DNA of 38,920 nucleotides, taken from positions 19,651 to 58,570 of the forward strand of contig BLSG01000233.1 of NCBI GenBank assembly GCA_012862495.1, read 5' to 3'. The stretch is from Thraustochytrium aureum. Lineage: Eukaryota. Positions 10,320-21,845 of this stretch are shown here, in pieces. Both the position numbers and the translations under genes were made by a program. The notes under the pieces were generated by a model, which saw nothing but the letters and a program-made list of their open reading frames with translations, did no database searches and was not told where the DNA came from. Position 1 is the first letter of the stretch. The number at the start of each line of letters is the position of its first letter.

Positions 10320-13239
10320 CTATTGCTGCGCGCAGGTCTCCTTGGCGACGTGGAGAAGCGCGGGGCGCTCCTTCGCTCCGTGTTTGGGCTTGATTGGCGG
10401 CCCGTCCGCCGCGAGGAGCTCGAGTTTGCCCACCACCTCGGAAGCAAGGTCGGCCCGGCGCCGGCGCACGGCATCGAGCACAGCTGTGTTGCCGACCTTG
10501 TAGGCTGCATCAATCGCCTGCTCAAAGAGCCCGAGCGCCAACAGCATGCTGGCCTTGCGCTCGTGGCCATCATCCATTTGTTCTACATAGCGCGTCGCGG
10601 CCTCGGTCTGCCCGCCAGCGATACATACTTCGGCGAAGTCAGCGTCGTCCAACACATTACGGACGGCCTGCATGTAGGAGAGGTCCTGGATGCGCGCCCA
10701 GGCCTTGCGGGCAGCCAGTCCCCGAAGCTGGATCTTTCGAAACGAGCGCTCTCGAAGGCCAAAGTCGGAGGCAAAGGCCTCGGCCTCCCCGTCCAAGCCC
10801 CGGCGAAAGCAGTCGAGGACCGTGTTGGCGAGCGAGAGGCCAACCACGCTGTCGCCGAGCTGGTTTTGGCGCTCTAGAAGCCTTGCGTGCTCCGCAGCCA
10901 GGTCTGCAAGCGCGCGCTGGCCCGCGTCCTTGAACTCGGAGGCGGCTTCAAGGAGGAGCGACGACCGCCGCGAGGCATCGAGAGAGGCGGACGACTCCTC
11001 GGCAAGGACCATGGCCTTGTCCCGCTTTTTGTCAAGAGCCAGGAGAGCTGCTTGTACTGTGTCTTGTCGGTGCTGCGGAGGTACCGCGAGAGGAGCGCAA
11101 AGGTCGCTCCGCTCTGCTTGCAGAGCTGGACGATCCGATCCCACGGCAGGCCGAGGACGCAGTCGCTGGCCACAAAACAGTGCAGGTCCGGGTCGGCTCC
11201 GAGCCCGAGGTCTCCATGGAGGGCGCGCAACGCTCCCTCGTAGTCCTGTACCTTCAGCAGTAGCAAAATTCGCCGCGACAGCTTGCGCTCCTTTTCCCCA
11301 AGCCGCACAGCCAGGTCGGCCTTGCCGACAGCGGCAGCCACCGCCGCAACAGAAGCAAACGACACCGCGGCGCCATGCTCGCGCTGGCAAGCTTCAACGC
11401 GAGCCGTTATCGCCGCGAGCAAGGCGTTGTCGTCCTCGGCAGTGCCGCCCGAGGCGCTTATCTTGGCCTTTGTCCAGTGGGCGACAACGTGCGACAGTGG
11501 CACTCGGGCTGACTTGCAGATGCGCGCCGCAAGCGCAAACTCGCCCTGGTACAGCAGGCGATCCACGAAGACCCGTGGAGTCATGATCCGCAGCTGTTTG
11601 GTTGTCAGTGCCACGCCGGCCTGCGCTCTCGCCAGAGCGCAGAGCCGACACAACTGGCAGGTCTCGACGAACCGCCGCGCCAGCCGCCGCCGCGCGTTGC
11701 GAGACGCGCGCCCGGCAGCGGCTAGGGGCAAAAACCGTTTTCCGTACGCCGCTACGCGAAGAAGGTGCGCTTGCGTACCTTCGGCGCCCGTTCGCGCGCC
11801 CTCAACACACGTCGCGTGCTCTGCGGCCTCTAAGCAACATCGCACAGCCTCCTCAACCACGTTGGCCTTGACCAGTGCGCGTAGGCTGGCATCTGCCTCA
11901 GCATCGCCGCCATCTAAGAGATCGACTGCGTCAAGGAGCATGGCGCTCGGCTCCGTGGACCCAAGCCGGAAGGAAGACTGAAAGCACTCTGGTACCTGCC
12001 GCACTATGTGCGTCTCGCGGCTTCCAACAACGCGGACGCCGTCTACCTCGAAGAAAGCGCCACAGACCCCGTGGAAGGACATGCGAACCGTGCGAAGCGG
12101 GGCCTCTGCGCCCTCGCCGCCGCCAGCAGACGGCGCACCTTCGCCAGCAAGCGCATCGCTGCCTTTCAGGTGGCCCGCGATAGGAGAGCGAACTTGTGCT
12201 CAACCGACAAGACCAGCATCCCGGAGTGTCCTGGCGCCGTCCACGGCGCGTCGAAACTCCAGAGCGCACAGAGCGCAAAGGTAGACATGCCGCACCACAG
12301 CAGCGAGCACGGGACCAAGTCTGGCGGACCGAAGGCGGAACGGGACATGGCGGAACTGCCTAGCTCGTCCTTGCAGCTGTGGCGCACGAGCACTTGGCAA
12401 AAGTCGAGCGGGAGCAGAGCGAGCTCGCCGTCGGCTCCAAAACTCGCCAAGAGCCGGTACGTCGGGTGCGGAACGAGCAGCTGGCTCACGGCGAGGTCTA
12501 GTGCGAGCGCGAATTGCGAGCGCATCGTGCCGTCGCTCTCAATAATCACTACACCGGCACGCGTCGGGTTGCCAATCGCGAACTGGGCGAGCTCGGGCTC
12601 TTCGCGGCTCACAAAGGGGCGCAGCACCGTGACAACGTGTGGGACGGCGCCGCCAAGGAGAACTGGAGAGAGCTGCGCCCGAACGCGAACGCGGTACTTG
12701 GAGGCAGACTGCAAGTGCACCCCTTCGATGACCTCGAGGTCGTCGGTGACGGCTACAAAGCCGCCAGCCCACACATGTGCGCACGCGATGCGATTTCTCC
12801 CCTTGCTGGGCAGGCTAATGATGCGCGGAGGGGCGCCTGCGTCGCCGCGAAACACGAGCGCCGAGTCGCCAGCTTCCAAGAGGCACACCAGCAGGCCGCC
12901 TCGCACCCAGCCCATACCGCCCTGTGCCACCGGGCCCTCAAGCCACATTTTCTTCCAGATGAGCCGCCCCGTCGAGGAGAACACGCGCAACTCGCCGTCC
13001 CAGTCCGCTTCAGCCTGGCCAACCTCGTTATCAGTGTGCCCTGACGCGTCCAAGCTGGCGGCCTCGTCAAGCTCGTCATCAAAGGCCAACTCAGCGATGG
13101 GGCCTCCAAACGCAGCCATGGCTCTGACATCTCTGGACCGTTTGCGCCTGCGCCTCGTCGCCTCGCGTCCCCACTCCATGTCGCACAGCTTGGTCGCGTG
13201 GAACAGGCAGCCGTCGGCGTTGTGCCATTCCGCCTCCAT
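10320..13239 (-). CDS. VPS16: Vacuolar protein sorting 16 (HOPS/CORVET subunit); frameshifts at ~12182 and ~11045
   Basis: MEAEW..LFH..LCDMEW, AAFGGPIA, VFSSTGRLI, MGW..LLVCLLE.G (Vps16_N). EVDGVRVV..HIVRQVP..FRLGSTEPSAMLLDA, AVRCCLEAA, LLRVAAYGK, VAHWTKAKI, VSFASVA, VGLSLANTV, DFGLRERSFRKIQLRGLA (Vps16_C). Confidence 0.88.
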
Positions 13240-14140
13240 CCTCCAAAATCGCGTCCGCTTCGGCGCCAACCTCCTCCTGCCTGCTGCTGCTGCTGCTGCT
13301 GCTGCTGCCACAGCCTCCTGCAGCTGCCGCCGCTGCCGGCTCGACGCCGGGCCCAGGGCCGTCCGCNNGACCTCGGACGGCGTGGANNNNNNNNNNNNNN
13401 NNNNNNNNNNNNNNNNNNNNNNNNNNNNNNNNNNNNNNNNNNNNNNNNNNNNNNNNNNNNNNNNNNNNNNNNNNNNNNNNNNNNNNNNNNNNNNNNNNNN
13501 NNNNNNNNNNNNNNNNNNNNNNNNNNNNNNNNNNNNNNNNNNNNNNNNNNNNNNNNNNNNNNNNNNNNNNNNNNNNNNNNNNNNNNNNNNNNNNNNNNNN
13601 NNNNNNNNNNNNNNNNNNNNNNNNNNNNNNNNNNNNNNNNNNNNNNNNNNNNNNNNNNNNNNNNNNNNNNNNNNNNNNNNNNNNNNNNNNNNNNNNNNNN
13701 NNNNNNNNNNNNNNNNNNNNNNNNNNNNNNNNNNNNNNNNNNNNNNNNNNNNNNNNNNNNNNNNNNNNNNNNNNNNNNNNNNNNNNNNNNNNNNNNNNNN
13801 NNNNNNNNNNNNNNNNNNNNNNNNNNNNNNNNNNNNNNNNNNNNNNNNNNNNNNNNNNNNNNNNNNNNNNNNNNNNNNNNNNNNNNNNNNNNNNNNNNNN
13901 NNNNNNNNNNNNNNNNNNNNNNNNNNNNNNNNNNNNNNNNNNNNNNNNNNNNNNNNNNNNNNNNNNNNNNNNNNNNNNNNNNNNNNNNNNNNNNNNNNNN
14001 NNNNNNNNNNNNNNNNNNNNNNNNNNNNNNNNNNNNNNNNNNNNNNNNNNNNNNNNNNNNNNNNNNNNNCTGATGAACCGAGGCCCGTCGCGATTGCCGC
14101 CGCATTACCCCAAAACAGAGTCTCTTGGTAAAGATCTGCC

Positions 14141-14207
14141 CATGTGTCCTCATGCGTACTCATGTGTCCTCATGCGTACGCATGTGTCCTCATGTGTGAT
14201 CATGTGC
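14141..14207. repeat. Minisatellite with 10-bp period (CATGTGTCCT / CATGCGTACN) and 20-bp higher-order unit
   Basis: catgtgtcct catgcgtact catgtgtcct catgcgtacg catgtgtcct catgtgtgat catgtgc. Confidence 0.9.
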
Positions 14208-14549
14208 CAGTGGTTGGGGTTTTGCTGCTCAGTACGCCACACCACAGGAGAGACGGGATGCGCGACCTTCAAAAGTAACTGTTGCCGATGCCGAACGTTA
14301 GTTGGTGCGGCAGCACCAACGGGACGCCGCGGAGGCCTGTGCACTGTGGCCAGGGCCCAGACCAGCCCCAAGAGGGCTGGAAGCCAAAGTCAAATCAAAG
14401 GTACTCTACCAACTCCCAGATGACGCAACACTTGACGGACGGCAGCCTTGCGGCGTTGACACGATCTACCACGTGTGGTTGGAGGGGGAATCGGTTCGTG
14501 ATCGATTGCAAGACCAAAACGGTGCTTTTGTTGACTCTTCGACTGCGGC

Positions 14550-15518
14550 CTACCAACCGGAAAGCCCCTGCAGCAGCGTAGCGCGCAAGCTTCCGCCTTG
14601 CGAATCGGCCTGCGCAGCGCTGCACGACGTCTCAAAGCCCGGGAGCGCAGGCAGGTTGAATTCCTTGAGAACGCGCATGAAGGCAGACACGCGGTCGTTC
14701 GCGTGGGGCTCCATTGTCGCCAGCACGAGCGCAGCAGGGTTTTCGTTCGTGCCAATGAGGGTGTCGAACGGCACAGGGTGCGCTGAGACTTCAGAGTCGA
14801 ACCAGTCCGAGTGACCCGCTGACAGCATGTCCTTCTTGAAGGCCTCCATCTCCGAGTACGTATAGGAGAGCGCGGTGTAAGACCCAGGGGAGATGCGCGG
14901 GTTCATGCCCTGCTCGAGCATGTGCTCCATGCTGTGGCCCACAAAGTTGCAGGCCGTCTCGCTCATGTACATGTTGAGGTTGTAGTTGTGGTTGTCGGTC
15001 TTGTTGGCGATGGAAATGCCCGTCTGTGGCGAGTCGCAGCAGTACCAGTGGCTCGCACGGTCTGCGACCCAGTGCAAGTAGATGCCAAAGCGCGCAATGA
15101 CCTCGGGCACCGGCTCGCCATCGATGCGCGCGTACGGCTCTTGCGCGGCAAGATAGGCCCCCATCTCCCGAGCCTTGACGATGTTAGTCATGTTGTAGTT
15201 TTCGTTGTCGTTGTTGTCGGTGCAGCTCCCGTCGCACGCGCACGCCGGCTCGCACTCGTAGTTGACGTACTGCTCGCCCAGCATCATGGACCCGCCAGCG
15301 AGCGGAATGGGACCGCTCACGGCCGGGCCGATGTTGACGCTCTCCGTTGTCCCGCTCTGGGGGCACGAGTCGCCCGTAAAAGGCGAGCCATCCTCGCCGA
15401 TACTGGTGAACCCGCCGATGCAAAGCAGGTCGCTCTTCCCAAAGGCCCCAGAGACGCGCCGAGCTGAGTGCGCCCTCGTAAAAGGGGTCCTCCAGGTCAG
15501 GACGAAGGCCAGGGCAGC
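14550..15518 (-). CDS. Cys-rich hypothetical protein, 5'-partial; putative Zn-dependent phospholipase C/S1-P1 nuclease-like fold
   Basis: About 320 codons with coding bias. FGIYLHWVADRASH (G-x2-LH-x3-D-x2-SH) and a later HSMEH motif. Probable homopolymer frameshift at ~15447 (RLW-AFGKSDLLC). Confidence 0.7.
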   Translation of the reverse strand, partial: AALAFVLTWRTPFTRAHSARRVSGAFGKSDLLCIGGFTSIGEDGSPFTGDSCPQSGTTESVNIGPAVSGPIPLAGGSMMLGEQYVNYECEPACACDGSCTDNNDNENYNMTNIVKAREMGAYLAAQEPYARIDGEPVPEVIARFGIYLHWVADRASHWYCCDSPQTGISIANKTDNHNYNLNMYMSETACNFVGHSMEHMLEQGMNPRISPGSYTALSYTYSEMEAFKKDMLSAGHSDWFDSEVSAHPVPFDTLIGTNENPAALVLATMEPHANDRVSAFMRVLKEFNLPALPGFETSCSAAQADSQGGSLRATLLQGLSGW

Positions 15519-16342
15519 NNNNNNNNNNNNNNNNNNNNNNNNNNNNNNNNNNNNNNNNNNNNNNNNNNNNNNNNNNNNNNNNNNNNNNNNNNNNNNNNNN
15601 NNNNNNNNNNNNNNNNNNNNNNNNNNNNNNNNNNNNNNNNNNNNNNNNNNNNNNNNNNNNNNNNNNNNNNNNNNNNNNNNNNNNNNNNNNNNNNNNNNNN
15701 NNNNNNNNNNNNNNNNNNNNNNNNNNNNNNNNNNNNNNNNNNNNNNNNNNNNNNNNNNNNNNNNNNNNNNNNNNNNNNNNNNNNNNNNNNNNNNNNNNNN
15801 NNNNNNNNNNNNNNNNNNNNNNNNNNNNNNNNNNNNNNNNNNNNNNNNNNNNNNNNNNNNNNNNNNNNNNNNNNNNNNNNNNNNNNNNNNNNNNNNNNNN
15901 NNNNNNNNNNNNNNNNNNNNNNNNNNNNNNNNNNNNNNNNNNNNNNNNNNNNNNNNNNNNNNNNNNNNNNNNNNNNNNNNNNNNNNNNNNNNNNNNNNNN
16001 NNNNNNNNNNNNNNNNNNNNNNNNNNNNNNNNNNNNNNNNNNNNNNNNNNNNNNNNNNNNNNNNNNNNNNNNNNNNNNNNNNNNNNNNNNNNNNNNNNNN
16101 NNNNNNNNNNNNNNNNNNNNNNNNNNNNNNNNNNNNNNNNNNNNNNNNNNNNNNNNNNNNNNNNNNNNNNNNNNNNNNNNNNNNNNNNNNNNNNNNNNNN
16201 NNNNNNNNNNNNNNNNNNNNNNNNNNNNNNNNNNNNNNNNNNNNNNNNNNNNNNNNNNNNNNNNNNNNNGAAAAAGAAAGAAAAAACTCAACTTGACGAG
16301 GTTTGTATGTTCGGCGGTTTGCTTGGCGGCGAAGCGCGGCGG

Positions 16343-17889
16343 TCACGTGGACCAGGCCGTGAGGTCCTCGTTGCCGAGCGTGCGGAGGTGCGACAGCATC
16401 TTGAAATAGGCAGAGAAGAGGCTGATCTCAGCCTGGTACGGCACGCCGTATTCTTCGCAGGTCTCCTTGACGATGCCCGAGATGTAGACGTTGACCGTGT
16501 GGGGGTTTTGGGGAAGCAGTGGTGCTCAATCTGGTGGTTGAGGCCGCCCGAAAAGTGGTTCCAAAACCACGACCCGACAGCCCAGTTCACAGAGGTCTGG
16601 CACTGCACAGCGGCCCAGTCGTTGAGGGGGATCATGGTCGTCTTGTCGGCGTCCGACTTGGTCGACTCGGCCGCACTGAGCGCCTTTTGCGTCACCTGCA
16701 TCGGGGTGACACCGTGCACAGTGCGCGGCGGAGCCATGACGCCCTTGACCGCGTCCTTGGAAGCGTAGCTGACGCCCTCGATGATGTGGTTGACAATAAA
16801 CATGGTGGCGAGGACCTCTCCGCAGGTGAAGTGGGCCATGAAGAAAAGCTTCAAGCCCTGAGCAGGCCCCTGCATGTACATGGGAAGCGCCACCATGTAG
16901 AGCGTGGTGAGGAGCTTCATGATCCAGAAGCGGGCCACGTACCAGGGGCTGCCATACCGGCAGTTGGCGTCGATCTGGAACAGGCGCTTGCGCAGCACAA
17001 CCCCGACATCCTGGGAAATCACCTTGTTAATCGTCATAAACCCAAAGATAAACGGGGCGTACAGGTGCTGGAACTTGTGGTAAAACCGCTGGCGGTGCCA
17101 CGGGTGCAGGCGAAGCATCGGGTACGTACTGAAGACGTCCGGGTCGCTCTCCTGGTCGACCTTCTTCGGGTCGACGTCGGCGCCCTTGACCTTGGCCAAA
17201 CCGTTCTCCATCTCGATGAGGTTGGTGTACGGGTGGTGGCCAAGAACGTGCTGCATCTCCCAGGTCATCGCGCTCGCGCCGATCATGTCGAGGGTCCAGC
17301 CCGCCGCCTTGTTCATGAATCGCGACTTGGAGAAGGCGCCGTGGCTGCCGTCGTGCTGGATGCAAGTTCCGACAAAGGCAGCGAACACGCCGAGCGTAAC
17401 GGCGGCTACCATGGCACCGCCGTGCGGGTCTAGCACGCACATGGCGTAAAGGGAGCCCCAGAAACCTGCCAGGAGGAAGATCGCCTTGGCCCAGAGCTCC
17501 ATGCGCGCGCGCTGCATGAGGCCGGGCTCGGCCAGCTTCTTGGCGACGCGCTCGCGGAGCACCCTGTAAAACTCGCTGTCCCACGAGTAGTAGGAGGCCG
17601 AGTCGAGCCCGGTGGGCACGTGGCTCGTTTCGCCCTTCTTGCCCTGGGGGAGCTTGCCGACCTTGTACTTGCGCAGCACCGCGTCCGGGACGCCCTTGAT
17701 GTGGTAGGTCTCGAACAGGATGGTGGCCTCCTTGCCAGCGGCCAGCATGATGATGTCCCCGCCGGGGTGCACCTTGCTGAACTTGGTGATGTCGTACACG
17801 GTGCCGTGGATCGCGCACCAGGCGTCGTCCGGCATGTTGTGGTTGCGGACCGTGTCCATAGTCACCGTTTCGTCAAACCCGACCGTCAT
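16343..17889 (-). CDS. fad4: Delta-4 fatty acid desaturase (front-end, cytochrome b5 fusion; 22:5 to DHA step); single-base loss in the G4 run at 16510-16513
   Basis: [18 protein letters not shown] start, HPGG heme motif, His boxes HDGSH, HVLGHH, QIEHH. Adding one base restores [27 protein letters not shown]...AWST* and 515 aa, as I recall for the T. aureum enzyme. Confidence 0.95.
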
Positions 17890-19356
17890 CTTTCCAGCGC
17901 TCCTTAGCCAGTGGTCCACGTCCAGCCCCCTAGTGTTGCGCGCCTTGCGTCTCCTGCCCGTCCCGAAGCCGGTCTGCCGCCACGTGCCGTCGAGCGCTCT
18001 GCTTCTGCTTCTGCTTCACGTCCGAGTCAGTGAGTGCCCTTGGCCTTAGCCTCGTGCAGCCTCCCAGTCGTCTGATTCTGTTGTGAAGAGGCAAACCAAC
18101 GACATGCTCGGCGCCTCACGTCACTCGCAAGCCAATTCTCGTCACACAGAGCGGCTTCGTGACGTTGAAAACTCCAGTGGTCTCGTCATGCGGGTTCCTG
18201 AAGGTGTGCGAACACGAGCCATACCGACGGAATCTGGGTCCGAAGCTTCGTCACCGGCGCACCCTCAGTGACGAGCGCATCGCGTCCTACGAATCTCCCC
18301 CCATTTCTCCACCACGCGCTTCGCGTTACTCACCACACGCGCGCTGTCACGGTGGAGACAACCGCCACCCTCCGACTCTCACATAGCCTGGGTCCATCCT
18401 AATTCGCACCAGCACCGATCGACCGGGGATCTTGGAATTCCGGAGTGGATCTGCCGACTTGCCGAGTCCACTTCCAGGTTGAAGGTGGACCCTGATGACG
18501 AAAAACCGAGTGGCTGATCCCGAGGCGGCAGACGCAGCAATTCTGGCGAGCGCCTTGGCCCGGCGCAAGCTCGCAGTGCGGCCGCTGCACAACCTGTAGA
18601 AGCGCGCCCTCAGCCTCGTGTCGGGTTCCCGAGCAGAGACCGAGGGTCTTCCCCCTTCGCATTTGCTTCCCATTTGCTTCCAATGATCTTGATTGATCAA
18701 TTGATCGATCGATTTCACCTGAAAGGCAGAGAGCATCTTGGTGCTGTCAACGAGGATCCATCCCCCTTGGTGCTGCTGCTGTCGCGACTCGCGAGTCCAC
18801 TCCTCGAGCGACAGCGGGCAAACCTGGCGCGGGGGCACGAGGGAGTATCCGGCAAGCGGCGAACGTCGCCAGGCCACCAGAAAAGCGAACCGCGTGAGCT
18901 GCGCAACTTTTCCCGGGAATGGGCAGTAACTGGGTTGTAACTTTCACACTTCGCTCCGCCTTTCTTTCTCTCCAGGAGAGGGCTTGTTCTTTTNNNNNNN
19001 NNNNNNNNNNNNNNNNNNNNNNNNNNNNNNNNNNNNNNNNNNNNNNNNNNNNNNNNNNNNNNNNNNNNNNNNNNNNNNNNNNNNNNNNNNNNNNNNNNNN
19101 NNNNNNNNNNNNNNNNNNNNNNNNNNNNNNNNNNNNNNNNNNNNNNNNNNNNNNNNNNNNNNNNNNNNNNNNNNNNNNNNNNNNNNNNNNNNNNNNNNNN
19201 NNNNNNNNNTACCGCGTTCAAGTCTTGCAGGAGGGCGCGGAGCTCATGAATGTGCAACGCGGATGTGGAACCGTGGCCACATACAGGCGTGGACCTACGA
19301 ACTGACTCGAGCAGGGCGGCAGACCCGCGGTGGGGCCTAGCGCGCAACGACGACCG

Positions 19357-19482
19357 CAGCCAGGCAGGCAGCCAGCCAGCCAGCCAGCCAGCCAGGCACC
19401 CAGGCAGCCAGGCAGCCAGCCAGGCAGCCAGGCAGCCAGGCACCCAGCCAGCCAGGCACCCAGCCAGCCAGCCAGCCAGGCA
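19357..19482 (+). repeat. Compound (GCCA)/(GGCA) microsatellite ~100 bp upstream of the kinase ATG
   Basis: cagccaggcaggcagccagccagccagccagccagccaggcacccaggcagcc... read directly. Confidence 0.9.
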
Positions 19483-19583
19483 CGTCAGCTCGTAGGCAAG
19501 GCGGGCTGCGGCTGCAGGAGCCGCAAGGGCAGTAAAGAAAACGTGGATCGCAAACGCCACGCCGCGCTCTGGGGCCCCGAGCC

Positions 19584-21451
19584 ATGAAGCTCGTGGTGGA
19601 CCTGGGAAGCGACGGCGCCAGCGGCAATGGCGGGGCGGCGGGAAAAAGCCACGAGAATCTGCTTTTCAAGCTTCTTCGCGAGGCCGGCATCCCGTGCGAA
19701 CTCGTTGAGCGGGCCAGCCCACACAAACCAGCTGGCGCTACAGTGCAGGTTCGCGTTGTGCAAGCAAGGTCAAACTCTTTCAGCGGCTCTGGCCTTGGCG
19801 TGACCGGAAGCGCCGGGAGCAGCCAGGGCAAAACAGAGGTGGACAAGCTGCGGCGCGAGCTGGCAGCGAGAAAGCAAGAGATTCGGGACCTGGAGGAAAA
19901 CCTCTCCATCGCCATGGACTCGATCAAGACTTTCCACAAGCAGCAAAACGAGCTCTTTGACGAGTTCGTCTCGCTGCGGGACAAGTACGACACGCACAAG
20001 GCCAAGTTCCGCCGGGTCCTTTGGGAGTTTGTCCCGCAAAACGTCGCAGGTTTCGAGAACATCCCCTCCGTCGCCGAGAGCATCGACGAGGCCGAGGATC
20101 GCGTGGGGGCCTGGCACACTGGCAAGGTGCTCGGTGAGGGCCAGTTTGCTGTCGTGAAGGAAGTTCGCAGCGGGCCGCAGCAAAAGTGCGGCCTTCAGGC
20201 CAAGGACATTGCGGTCAAGCGCATCCTCAAGGACAAGATCACTGACATCAAGAACGCGGCGCGCATCAACAACGAGGTGGGCATTCTGCGGGACCTGCAG
20301 CACCCGGCCATCGTGAAGCTAGTCGATGTGCTGCACACGCCCAACTACCTCTACCTGGTTCAAGAGCGCGGTGGCCTCGATCTATTCGAGTATTACCGGC
20401 GCCACCCCGGACCTGCCAAAGAGTCGTTTGCTCGTTCCATCCTCAGCCAGCTCTCGAGCGCCGTGGCTTACTTGAGCAAGCACAACGTGGCGCACCGCGA
20501 CCTCAAGCCAGAGAACGTTCTCATCGGCGAAGATGACACTGTCAAGCTCGTCGACTTTGGCCTCAGCACGTTGCACCGCACTGACATGACACTCGACGAC
20601 TTTTGCGGCACCCCAGGCTTCTTCGCGCCGGAAATGCTCTTGCAAAGCACGTACGACAGCTACAAGCTCGACATTTGGAGCCTGGGCTGTGTGATGCTCG
20701 AAATCCTGCTGGGCCACGTTCGCTTTGCAGAGGTTTGGATGCCCGCGTACGCGTTCGAGCACCTACACGATGCCAACGAGTTTGAGCGGGAGCTCAACAA
20801 GAGCCTCGTCGCCGTGCGCGCCATCTTTGACACAAAGGCAGCCTCTGAGAAAGCGGTGGACAGCACCCTGCTCTTCAAAAACCACAAGGCCAAAGATGCG
20901 TGCCAGCGCGCGCTTCGTGAACAACGCTCGCGCTCTGCGCCGTGCAAATCTCTGGTCCTCAACATGTTGTCGCCACAGCCCGCGGACCGCATAAGCGCGG
21001 AGGCACTTGCTGCCACTTCGTACGTTCACGCAGTTTCTCGCCGCAGTGACAGCGAAGTGTCTGTTGGCTCCACCGAGGAGCAGCACCCAAACCAGCGCAC
21101 GCATCGACCATGCGTCCCCGCCTCGCCCAAGTCGCCTGGGTCGCCCAAAGAGGATCTTCTTAATGCCCTCAGTGGCACGAGGGCTCGTCCCCGTCGACGG
21201 GGTCGTCCTCGGGCCTGTTTTTGCGCCGAGGGGGCTCTTCGAGCTCGACCACAACGGTTGACTTTGCCAAGGCCGAAAAAGGCGAAAGCCCCGAAGAAAA
21301 GGCTTCGAAACTCTGCATCAACACCGCTGCGCCAGCGCAAGAGCGGGCTCGCCTGCCGCCCTTGTCGCCCGCGTCACCCAAAGTGGAGGGCGTGCAGGAG
21401 CTCGTCAAGATCGGTGATGCGCTCATGTCAAAGCACGAGCTGCACCTTTAG
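19584..21451 (+). CDS. Ser/Thr protein kinase, CAMK group, with N-terminal coiled coil; frameshift at ~21175
   Basis: GEGQFAVV, IAVK, alphaC NNEV, HRDLKPEN, DFG, CGTPGFFAPE, DIWSLG. Coiled coil EVDKLRRELAARKQEIRDLEENL. The C-terminal frame switches to ...LPPLSPASPKVEGVQELVKIGDALMSKHELHL* at 21451. Confidence 0.92.
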
Positions 21452-21845
21452 CTTTTTTTTTATAATTTACTTACTGAGCCTGAAGCTCGCCTTCACCGCC
21501 AAACCACCACACGCTTTGCTCTGGTCATCTCCTCAATCTTAGGGTCCAGCAATCTCCCTCGCCTGCAATCTCACTCGCCGGCCTTGAGCGTGTGTGGTCC
21601 AGGGGACAAGAAATCCGCCCGGCGTCGAGTGCAGCAGCAGCGAGAGCAGCAGAGAGAGCAGCAGCAGCAACAACAACACAAGGCCTGCCGCGCCCCAAGG
21701 CCGCAGTCGATTCGGTCCGATTGCCAGGGCAGGATTTGACTCCGCAGTCGCGCATCAACAGAGGGAGATGCCAACGGCTGGTCAGTTCTGCAACAGCGAA
21801 CACCAGTCTCAAGAATCGCAGTTGCCGTGGCCCCGAGTTAACCGA

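Noticed and set aside
17890..17919. N-terminal extension of the delta-4 desaturase
   Set aside because: The ORF track starts at a GTG; the first ATG is at 17889 and gives the expected MTVGFDE start.
18050..18990. Possible small gene or structured element upstream of the desaturase (ORF 18347-18877; GATC-rich palindromes at ~18685-18712)
   Set aside because: No recognisable protein motif or coding bias; the palindromes are short and low-complexity.
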